Assembly: GCA_964540925.1 (NCBI GenBank)
Contig: CAZIOR010000002.1
Location: 1 to 54,679, forward strand
Direction: 5' to 3'
Length of the DNA stretch: 54,679 nt
From: an uncultured Gammaproteobacteria bacterium
GTDB lineage: Bacteria > Patescibacteriota > Microgenomatia > Levybacterales > UBA12049
Part shown: one piece after another, positions 46,737 to 54,388 of the stretch
Layout of the letters: each line of letters starts with the position of its first letter
Position numbering within the stretch: position 1 is the first letter of the stretch
The notes under the pieces: model-generated
What the model saw: the letters and a program-made list of their open reading frames with translations, nothing else
Databases searched by the model: none
What the model was told of the DNA's origin: nothing
Position numbers and translations under genes: made by a program

Positions 46737-49074
46737 TTGGATAAAATCTCCATTTTTTATCTTTACGCTAATTGTTTTATTTTTCTTCTTTAAATTTTTT
46801 GTATTAGGTAAAATACCACTAGCTACTGATCTTCTAATTTCCGAATATAATCCTTGGAAACAATATTCTTTTTTAGGCTATAATCCAGGAAGTTTTCCCT
46901 CAAAGTTTCAGTACGGAGATGTAATTCACCAATTGTACCCTTGGAAAACATTCACCATCGATTCACTGAAGAATTTTACTATTCCCCTATGGAATCCTTA
47001 TAATTTTTCTGGCCATCCATTTTTAGCTGATATCCAATCAGCAGTATTCCAACCATTAAATCTTTTGTACTTAATACTAGCACAGCCAATTGCTTGGGGA
47101 CTCACAGTTGCGCTGCAACCTTTTATAGCTTTAATAGGAACTTATTTGTTTGCAAAGAAAATTGGACTTAAAAAAGAAACAGCAATTTTTTCTTCAATTG
47201 GTTACGCATTTTCTTTATATATGTCAACTTTCCTTGAGTACAATACGATGGGACATGTAATTGCAGTTTTACCAATTACTCTTTATGGAGTTGAGCTAAT
47301 ACTAGAGAAAAATAAATTTAAAGGAGTTTTAATTTTCTCTCTTTCAATTGCATATGCGATATTCGCAGGACACATTCAACTTGCAGGATTTAATATTCTA
47401 TTTACAATTATTTATTCTCTGTTTAGATTAAGCAGTATTAAAGAAAAATTTAAAAACAGCTTATTACTTTTTATAACTTTTATTACTTCCCTGCTAATTG
47501 CTTCCATTCAGCTTCTTCCTACTCTTGAATTACTTAACCTAGCTGCCAGAGCAAATCAAAACTATCAATTCTTAATAGAAAAATTATTATTACAACCTTT
47601 TCAATCTATACTTTTTTTCTCCCCAGATTTTTTTGGAAATCCTGCTACAGGAAATTACAAAATATTAGATTCTTATCCTGGGAATTCAATTTACATTGGT
47701 TTAGCAACTATTTTATTTGCCATCAGCTCCATCACATTAATTAGAAAAAATATATTTATTAAATTCTTTGTATTTGTCTCAACGTTATTCATAATTTTAT
47801 TTTTCAGAAACCCATTATCAGAACTATTTTTCAAAATTAATATTCCTTTTTTCTCAACTGGATCGCCCACTAATGCGATTTATCTATTAAGTTTTAGCAT
47901 TTCTATTCTTGCAGGGTTTGGTATTGAAAATATAAAAAACAAAAATAAAATATTAATTTTAATTTCTCTTTCAATCATAGCCTACCTCAGCATAAACACA
48001 ATTATTTTTAAAGATTTAGTGAATATGAAAAATGTATTATTGTCTCTTTTATTATCAATCGGATTACTTGTTCTTTTGATAATTAATTATTTTCAAAAAC
48101 TTAAACATTCCTTACTAATATTAATTTTTTGTTTAATTACAATTGCTGACCTATTCTTTTATTTTCAAAAGTTTAATTCTTTTGTTCCTAAAGAATTGGT
48201 TTTCCCAGATACAAAAATATTTAGCTATATAAAAGAAAACTCTGGAATAAACAGAGTTTGGGGTTATCAAGAAGCAATTCTTGAACCAAATTTTAATACA
48301 CAATTTAATATATATTCAGCTGAAGGAACAGATCCACTTTATCCTAAAGCTTACGGACAACTTATCACCGCTTCGCATAATGGTCAAATCAGCAAGGATT
48401 TTTCAAATCTAAATAGATCAGATGCGATTATCTCTCAGCGCAATATAGGCTTTACTAACCCCTATAGAGAAAAAATCCTACAGCTAACTGGAACAAAATA
48501 TATTTTAGATGTTAAAAACAGTACACCTGATAACTTCCCTATTAAAGAATATAATATTACTTACGAAGAAGACTTATGGAGAGTTATTAAAGACTCAAAG
48601 GCAGCAGACAGAATATTTTTTGCTAAAAAATTGAATTACTATTCAACCTCCGAAGATTTTGCTAAAAAATTCTTTAACCCAAACTTTAATCCACAACAAG
48701 ATATATTAGTAGAAAATAATGCATATTCTAAAGATTATTTAAATCAAATTGATAACAATGCGATAATTAAACTTGTAAATTATTCACCAAATAAAATAAT
48801 AATTGATACCAAAAGCAACACTAATCAAATCCTATTTATTTCAGATACATATTATCCAGGTTGGAAGGCTACTATTGATAATAAAAACACAAAGATAATA
48901 AAAACTAATTTTACCTTTAGATCAATTGCTATACCTAAAGGCCAACATAGAGTAGTAATGTCCTATGAGCCAGATTCATTTAAACTTGGTTTTTATCTTT
49001 CTCTCTTAGGATTTGCAGGGTTATTTATTTTATGTATACTTTACATTAGAGATGAATATCTTAAAAAGAACTAA
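46726..49074 (+). CDS. YfhO-family GT-C-type membrane glycosyltransferase
   Basis: LWNPYNFSGHPFLADIQSAVFQPLNLLYL; C-terminal TYYPGWKATIDNKNTKI plus a terminal TM helix. Confidence 0.8.
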   Translation: MRSNWIKSPFFIFTLIVLFFFFKFFVLGKIPLATDLLISEYNPWKQYSFLGYNPGSFPSKFQYGDVIHQLYPWKTFTIDSLKNFTIPLWNPYNFSGHPFLADIQSAVFQPLNLLYLILAQPIAWGLTVALQPFIALIGTYLFAKKIGLKKETAIFSSIGYAFSLYMSTFLEYNTMGHVIAVLPITLYGVELILEKNKFKGVLIFSLSIAYAIFAGHIQLAGFNILFTIIYSLFRLSSIKEKFKNSLLLFITFITSLLIASIQLLPTLELLNLAARANQNYQFLIEKLLLQPFQSILFFSPDFFGNPATGNYKILDSYPGNSIYIGLATILFAISSITLIRKNIFIKFFVFVSTLFIILFFRNPLSELFFKINIPFFSTGSPTNAIYLLSFSISILAGFGIENIKNKNKILILISLSIIAYLSINTIIFKDLVNMKNVLLSLLLSIGLLVLLIINYFQKLKHSLLILIFCLITIADLFFYFQKFNSFVPKELVFPDTKIFSYIKENSGINRVWGYQEAILEPNFNTQFNIYSAEGTDPLYPKAYGQLITASHNGQISKDFSNLNRSDAIISQRNIGFTNPYREKILQLTGTKYILDVKNSTPDNFPIKEYNITYEEDLWRVIKDSKAADRIFFAKKLNYYSTSEDFAKKFFNPNFNPQQDILVENNAYSKDYLNQIDNNAIIKLVNYSPNKIIIDTKSNTNQILFISDTYYPGWKATIDNKNTKIIKTNFTFRSIAIPKGQHRVVMSYEPDSFKLGFYLSLLGFAGLFILCILYIRDEYLKKN

Positions 49075-50758
49075 TTTATTATTTATTGTTTTTACGATTC
49101 TTATTTTAGGAATAGGATTATTTTTCAGATTTTACAAATTAGACACTATTCCACCAGGACTTTACCAAGATGAAACTGCAATAGGATACAACGCCTACTC
49201 AATTCTTAAAACTGGAGCAGATGAGTATGGCAAAAGTTTTCCTTTATATTTTAAATCTTTTGGAGACTACAAGTTACCGGTTTATATCTATTCAACAATT
49301 CCATCTATAGCCCTATTCGGGCTAAACGCATTTGCAGTCAGATTTCCTTCTGCCTTGTTTGGATTCCTAACTCTTCCCATAGTTGGTCTTTTAATGCTTA
49401 GATTTACTAAAAATAAATATTTTGCACTACTTTCCATGGGGCTTTTATCCATACTTCCTTGGCATTTGCATTATAATCGTGCAACCTTTGAAGTTAGTAT
49501 TTCACTTTTCTTATTTACCCTAGGACTTTATCTTTTACACAAAGCGTTTTTAGATCAAAAACCAAAAGGCTTATTTTTATTAGGAACCCTTTCTTTTATA
49601 TTGGGACTTTATACATATAATTTAACAAGATTACTTGCTCCATTAATTTACATTTTGATTTTAGTCTTCTTCAGAAAAAAAATTAGCCAAGTAAATAAAA
49701 CAGAAATAATAATCACATCTGTAACAGGATTTGTTTTTCTTATTCCTCTTGTATTAACACTTTTTCAAAATGGAGGCTCCTCTTCTGCATCTGGAACTCT
49801 CATTTTTTCAAGCGCTGCAGTACAAGCTCCTTTTCTTGAATTTAGATCTTTTCTAGTTAATACTCACATTCCACTAGTAAGCATTCTTTTTAATAAAATA
49901 TTTATGACTAGTTGGCAATATTTAAATAATATTGCCGCCTATTTCTCGGTCGACTTCTTTTTCTTAAAAGGATCTTTACATGGTAATCATGGTATTGGCA
50001 ATTTTGGTGAATTTTACTTAATACAACTTCCCTTTCTTATCTATGGCTTAATTACGATAATTAGGAAAAAACTTGAATGGGGATACTTACTAATTGGCTG
50101 GGCAATATTAACTATTTTAACCGCTGCCTTAACTAGAGATGTTCCCCATGCTACACGAAGCTTTTTCTTAATTCTTCCATGCGTTGGATTCATAACCCTA
50201 GGTATTGTTGAGGCATATAATTTTTTAAAGACTCAAAATAAATCATTACAATATTTGGTTGTTTTTATAGTTATTGCACTCTCAATATATAACGTTATTT
50301 ATTATTTTAGCTCTTACTATTTTAGATTCCCTATTATTTACGCAAAAGCTTGGAGTTATTCAGATAAAGAATTAGTTAACTATATAAAACCCATGATAAA
50401 CAGTTATGATCAAATCATTGTTGATACTAGTGGGCCAAAATATACATCGTTTCTTTTTTATCTAGGATATCCTCCTGAAAATTTTCAAGTAACCTCAGCA
50501 AGAGCTCGTGACGACTCAGAAGGATTTAGTGAAGTAAAATCTTTTGGTAGTTTTCAATTTAGAGACATTGATTGGAATAATGATTTAAATTTACCAAATA
50601 CTTTAATAATAGTAGGCGCAGATAAGGTACCTCCAACAGCTAAAGTAATTAAGACATTTACATTACCAGAAAGACCAGTTGTTTTATCAAAAGGACAAGA
50701 GATACTTAGCTTCCCAACTACTGACATAAACTACGCATTAATTGAAACTTCAAAGTAA
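49052..50758 (+). CDS. GT39/ArnT-like GT-C glycosyltransferase (paralog family A)
   Basis: PPGLYQDETAIGYNAYSILKTGADEYGKSFPLYFKSFGDYKLPVYIY, RFPSALFG, VPHATRS. The track start at 49013 is a TTG; I use the ATG at 49052 (MNILKRTNLLFIVF). Confidence 0.75.
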   Translation: MNILKRTNLLFIVFTILILGIGLFFRFYKLDTIPPGLYQDETAIGYNAYSILKTGADEYGKSFPLYFKSFGDYKLPVYIYSTIPSIALFGLNAFAVRFPSALFGFLTLPIVGLLMLRFTKNKYFALLSMGLLSILPWHLHYNRATFEVSISLFLFTLGLYLLHKAFLDQKPKGLFLLGTLSFILGLYTYNLTRLLAPLIYILILVFFRKKISQVNKTEIIITSVTGFVFLIPLVLTLFQNGGSSSASGTLIFSSAAVQAPFLEFRSFLVNTHIPLVSILFNKIFMTSWQYLNNIAAYFSVDFFFLKGSLHGNHGIGNFGEFYLIQLPFLIYGLITIIRKKLEWGYLLIGWAILTILTAALTRDVPHATRSFFLILPCVGFITLGIVEAYNFLKTQNKSLQYLVVFIVIALSIYNVIYYFSSYYFRFPIIYAKAWSYSDKELVNYIKPMINSYDQIIVDTSGPKYTSFLFYLGYPPENFQVTSARARDDSEGFSEVKSFGSFQFRDIDWNNDLNLPNTLIIVGADKVPPTAKVIKTFTLPERPVVLSKGQEILSFPTTDINYALIETSK

Positions 50759-50759
50759 C

Positions 50760-52283
50760 TTATTGAGGAATAACTTTATAAAGCTGGTAGTAAAAATCCG
50801 TATTTCCTTGTCTAACCTGAAAAACTAATTTTAAAGGATATTTAGGTGTATTTTCTCTGTTTGCATCTTGATAGAAAACAAAATATGTTGGCATTTCTTT
50901 TGCCATTTCCAAAACTTCCTGAGGAAATTTATCTACAGGCCAGTAACCTTTGACCATGATGTTTTTATTTTTTACCAAGTACATCTCAAGCCCTGCGGGC
51001 ATTAAGCCAAATGTCCCTTCGGTTGCAACAAAAATCTTACCATTTTGCGCTTGTTGTTTAAAGTAATTTACGCTTTCTTTAAGCCCCCACCCTGCAGCCC
51101 AACTATTAATATATTGATTGTTATCTGCCTTAGCTATCCTTGAGTTAACGGGATCAACTGCAAATTGTAAAGATACAAAGGCTGAATAAATTACAAATAA
51201 AGTTACTAAACTTACAGTCAAAATTATATTTGATTTATTAAACCTTACTTTCTTTTCAATGAAATCAATTAAATAATTAAGTCCGTATGCGCAAAGTGGC
51301 AAAAGCATTACGGTCATGAAAAATATAAAACGAGGAAAAATTACTTTTCCAAAAAGCGCCAGGGCAAGAAAAGGAAGCAGGAAATAAACTGTTAAAATAA
51401 TTTTTTCTTTAAAATATTTAAAGATTGTTAGATACGCAATAGCAAGAAGAATTAAATAAGGAAGTTTTAAATACTGCACAAACCAACTAACTAACCCATT
51501 GAAATTCCCTACGAAAAAGGTAAACGGATGCATTAGCCATTCTGAAAATGGATAAACAAAAACAGCATTCTTTGCTTGAATCATTTGAAATAAAGGAGAA
51601 AGTCTTAAAAGATTGTACATTCCATAAGCAATGACAACTGAAAAACCCAGATACAAAACTGTTTTAATAAGTCTTTGAATAGAATTTTTTTCCTTGAAAT
51701 TAATTAAAATAAGAAGAATTGGTAAAAGATAAATATTAAAAAAGTTTGTAGACTTTGTAAGTACTCCTGCTCCAATTAATATTCCAAGAGTATAGGCTAA
51801 ATCAATTCTCAACTTTCTAACCAAAAGCACTGAAAAATAGACAGACCAGGTAAAGAAAGCCGCTACCAAGCTATCATATAAAGCCATTCTGTCTAATACT
51901 TGAGCGAAAGGATAAAATACATAAAGTATGGAAGACATAAAAGCAATTTTCTTACTCTTAAATAGCTCATATGTTAAAAACCATAATCCAATTAATGTAA
52001 ACAGGCCACTTACTACAGATACTAACCTACCTGCAATTAAAGGATCTGTAACAAGTTTTAGAAAAAACATTGCAAACCAAACATACATTGGCTGCTTGCC
52101 ATCTGTTAAAGAAATAAATCTCCAAGAAGAATCCTGCAAAGCAATTTGCGACCATCTAATATAGATTGCCTCATCTGTAAAAAGAGGCATACGATCAAGA
52201 AAAATAAGTCTAAGTAAAAAATAAATAATACCTATACCTAGAAAAAGTGCGATTTCTTTTTTGTACTTTAAAAATAACTGCAT
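50760..52283 (-). CDS. ArnT/PMT_2-like GT-C glycosyltransferase
   Basis: 507 aa, polytopic. The first loop DRMPLFTDEAIYIRWSQIAL (DEA.Y motif) resembles ArnT-type enzymes. C-terminal soluble domain. Confidence 0.7.
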   Translation of the reverse strand: MQLFLKYKKEIALFLGIGIIYFLLRLIFLDRMPLFTDEAIYIRWSQIALQDSSWRFISLTDGKQPMYVWFAMFFLKLVTDPLIAGRLVSVVSGLFTLIGLWFLTYELFKSKKIAFMSSILYVFYPFAQVLDRMALYDSLVAAFFTWSVYFSVLLVRKLRIDLAYTLGILIGAGVLTKSTNFFNIYLLPILLILINFKEKNSIQRLIKTVLYLGFSVVIAYGMYNLLRLSPLFQMIQAKNAVFVYPFSEWLMHPFTFFVGNFNGLVSWFVQYLKLPYLILLAIAYLTIFKYFKEKIILTVYFLLPFLALALFGKVIFPRFIFFMTVMLLPLCAYGLNYLIDFIEKKVRFNKSNIILTVSLVTLFVIYSAFVSLQFAVDPVNSRIAKADNNQYINSWAAGWGLKESVNYFKQQAQNGKIFVATEGTFGLMPAGLEMYLVKNKNIMVKGYWPVDKFPQEVLEMAKEMPTYFVFYQDANRENTPKYPLKLVFQVRQGNTDFYYQLYKVIPQ

Positions 52284-52289
52284 AAAAAA

Positions 52290-52318
52290 ATTATATTAAA
52301 ATCTAACTACTTGATCAA
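52290..52318 (-). promoter_or_regulatory. Candidate internal promoter TTGATC-17-TATAAT, 6 nt before the ATG at 52283
   Basis: The minus strand reads TTGATC (52318-52313), a 17-nt spacer, TATAAT (52295-52290), TTTTTT, then ATG. The -35 lies in the 3' end of the upstream gene. Confidence 0.45.
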
Positions 52319-53482
52319 TCTTGTCTTTACAAAACATGAGATAGTCAAAATAACCAACGCGCCTAATCCATATAATTCAATTTGCCCAATAAGCTCAGGA
52401 TAACCAATCGAATAATCAGTCAAAAGAACATATGCAATGTAAATAATTGAACATATTATTGAAGAAACGAGCACAGGAATAAAAACATAATATTTTCTAG
52501 AAACAAAAGCAGCTAAAGAAAATGGAAACATTAAGTACCATGGTTGAAACGTTGTCCTGTAGCTTGCAAATATTATTGCAGACAAGCTAATTACCGCAGA
52601 TATTAAAAACACATATTCATAATTAATATTCTTTTTAAGTCGTTCATAAACAAAAAGACCAAGAAAAACAGGAATTAAAATGACAGATGCATATTTAATA
52701 CCTATTGAGAAAAAAAGTGATAAAAAAGATCCAATTTTTCTTTTCTTAAAATAAAGATAAAATGCCAAAAGAGCAAAAAATATTAAAGGAAAATCATTAT
52801 GGACAGAAACTAAACCCTCAAATAAAACTAAAGGATTTAAGGCAAAAAAGAGTGTATTAAAAACTTTGTCTTTAGGAAAAATAATCTCAGAAATTTTATA
52901 AATTAAATAACAACTCCCTAAAAATGTTAAAGCAATAAGTCCTTTAAAAAGAAAGAAATTAACTATGAATATATTTAAGGACACAAATGATAATGGCAAA
53001 GTTAAAATTAACCAGCTTGGTCCATATGGATAAAATCTATGTGTCCATCTCATAAAATTAAGCATTGGATCCCCAGTGAAATCTATTGGAGCATGAAAAT
53101 ATGGATTTTGATGATAAAAAGTAATTATCTTTGCGTCAAAAATATAATTAAATAAATCATACGAAAATGCGTTATAAGAAAGTCCTAGAATTATAACGAC
53201 AATCGGAATTATTAATTTTAAATGAAAGTACTTAATCACTCCCTTTCTGGAAAGATATAAAAATAGTAGATAATAAATAAAAAGAATGGCTGTGATAATT
53301 CCAAAGATTGCCGCTGACAAAGGTCTTTGGAAAAATCCAATATTTTGCATGAATTTCTCAGCTGTTTGAAAAATAGAACTCTGTGAGAAAGTTAAACTTA
53401 AATCAACTTGGGTGAATGTATAGAGAAACAAAGCAACAATTACTGCTATGTAGCTTAAAATAAGCAGTTTAATTTTTGTCAT
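52307..53482 (-). CDS. Polytopic membrane protein, possibly DUF2029/GT87-like GT-C glycosyltransferase
   Basis: 391 aa, about 11 TM helices. The loop SYDLFNYIFDAKIITFYHQNPYFHAPIDF...RFYPYGPSW resembles the D..Y...G.nPY...YpP pattern of PimE/DUF2029 proteins. This assignment is weak. Confidence 0.4.
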   Translation of the reverse strand: MTKIKLLILSYIAVIVALFLYTFTQVDLSLTFSQSSIFQTAEKFMQNIGFFQRPLSAAIFGIITAILFIYYLLFLYLSRKGVIKYFHLKLIIPIVVIILGLSYNAFSYDLFNYIFDAKIITFYHQNPYFHAPIDFTGDPMLNFMRWTHRFYPYGPSWLILTLPLSFVSLNIFIVNFFLFKGLIALTFLGSCYLIYKISEIIFPKDKVFNTLFFALNPLVLFEGLVSVHNDFPLIFFALLAFYLYFKKRKIGSFLSLFFSIGIKYASVILIPVFLGLFVYERLKKNINYEYVFLISAVISLSAIIFASYRTTFQPWYLMFPFSLAAFVSRKYYVFIPVLVSSIICSIIYIAYVLLTDYSIGYPELIGQIELYGLGALVILTISCFVKTRLIK

Positions 53483-54237
53483 AAATTCTTATATTTACCT
53501 GAGAGTTCGTTAAGTCTAATTCTAACTAAATCTTCTAATGCTTCTACTGAATCTTTGATAGGACTCACTCTTCTAGTTTCTACATATAACCAATTTACTC
53601 CTACTTCTTTAATCTTATATCCTCTCTTGGCGGCTAAAAACAAAAGCTCAACATCAAAACCTGCTTTTACTGATGATCCAGAAATTTGCTTATACCCATG
53701 ATGGAATTTTTCTAATTTAGAAAAAAGATCATAAGCTACGTTTTTCTTAAATAGTTTAAAACCACACTGAGTGTCATTTAATCCAGAAAGACCTACTATT
53801 AGAGATCTTAACATTATCATTCCCTTTGCCATTAATGTTCTGGTCCAGGGAGCACCTTTTCGGATTGAACTTCGACTACCAATAACAATGTCGTAATTTT
53901 TAGTAAATTCTAATAATTTCTCTACTTCTTCTATTGGAGTTGCTTGATCCATATCAGTAAAAAGAACCCACTGTCCCTTTGATTCCAAAATTCCCTTTGT
54001 TACAGCTCCAGCCTTGCCACTGTGTGTTCCGTGAACTAATCTAAAATTTTTATCTTCTTTAATAAATTTCTCAACAAATTCAAAGCTTCCATCATTTGAT
54101 CCATCATCAACGACAATAACTTCAAAAGAATATTTTTGTTTAGATAAATAATGGGCAACCTTATCTAAAACGCCCTTTTGCAGGTTGCTCATCTCATTAT
54201 ATGAGGGAATTACTACGGATAAGAAAATTGTATCCAC
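53479..54237 (-). CDS. GT2 glycosyltransferase, dolichyl/polyprenyl-phosphate beta-glucosyltransferase (Alg5/DPG-synthase)-like
   Basis: LSVVIPSYNEMSNL...EVIVVDDGSNDGS, FTDMDQATPIEEV, VIGSRSS, DTQCGFKLFKK. GTG start (plus-strand cac at 54235-54237), the first start codon after an in-frame stop. Confidence 0.8.
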   Translation of the reverse strand: MDTIFLSVVIPSYNEMSNLQKGVLDKVAHYLSKQKYSFEVIVVDDGSNDGSFEFVEKFIKEDKNFRLVHGTHSGKAGAVTKGILESKGQWVLFTDMDQATPIEEVEKLLEFTKNYDIVIGSRSSIRKGAPWTRTLMAKGMIMLRSLIVGLSGLNDTQCGFKLFKKNVAYDLFSKLEKFHHGYKQISGSSVKAGFDVELLFLAAKRGYKIKEVGVNWLYVETRRVSPIKDSVEALEDLVRIRLNELSGKYKNL

Positions 54238-54243
54238 GAATAG

Positions 54244-54272
54244 ATTATAGCTGAAAAATAAAGGGTAAACAA
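54244..54272 (-). promoter_or_regulatory. Promoter TTGTTT-17-TATAAT, 6 nt before the GTG at 54237
   Basis: The minus strand reads TTGTTT (54272-54267), a 17-nt spacer, TATAAT (54249-54244), CTATTC, then GTG. Confidence 0.5.
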
Positions 54273-54276
54273 ATAT

Positions 54277-54305
54277 TTGTCTATGAGCTCATTTTAAGGT
54301 AAAAT
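54277..54305 (+). promoter_or_regulatory. Promoter TTGTCT-17-TAAAAT for tRNA-Glu
   Basis: The plus strand reads TTGTCT (54277-54282), a 17-nt spacer, then TAAAAT (54300-54305), 9 nt before tRNA position 1. Confidence 0.5.
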
Positions 54306-54314
54306 ATACACCAT

Positions 54315-54388
54315 GCCGCCATCGTCTAGTGGCCTAGGACGTCGGATTCTCATTCCGAAAATCAGGGGTTCAACTCCCCTTGGCGGTA
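54315..54388 (+). tRNA. tRNA-Glu (anticodon CUC)
   Basis: Hand-folded cloverleaf. Acceptor GCCGCCA/TGGCGGT (G1-U72 wobble). D arm GTCT-AGTGGCCTA-GGAC. Anticodon arm TCGGA-TTCTCAT-TCCGA with CTC at positions 34-36. 5-nt variable loop. T arm AGGGG-TTCAACT-CCCCT. Discriminator A, no encoded CCA. Confidence 0.9.

Noticed and set aside
46496-46753. An 85-aa minus-strand ORF across the GT39/YfhO junction.
   Set aside because: It is antisense to two strongly supported plus-strand genes, with no promoter-like element and no motif.
50756-50776. TAACTT...TAACTT at the junction of the two converging operons, considered as a possible terminator.
   Set aside because: The two copies form a direct repeat rather than an inverted repeat, so no hairpin can form, and no T-run follows.
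54315-54388. The tRNA-Glu as an integration site marking the border of a horizontally acquired glycosylation island.
   Set aside because: There is no integrase and no direct repeat of the tRNA 3' end. I noticed no composition shift by eye, and a GT-C-like gene continues on the other side of the tRNA.
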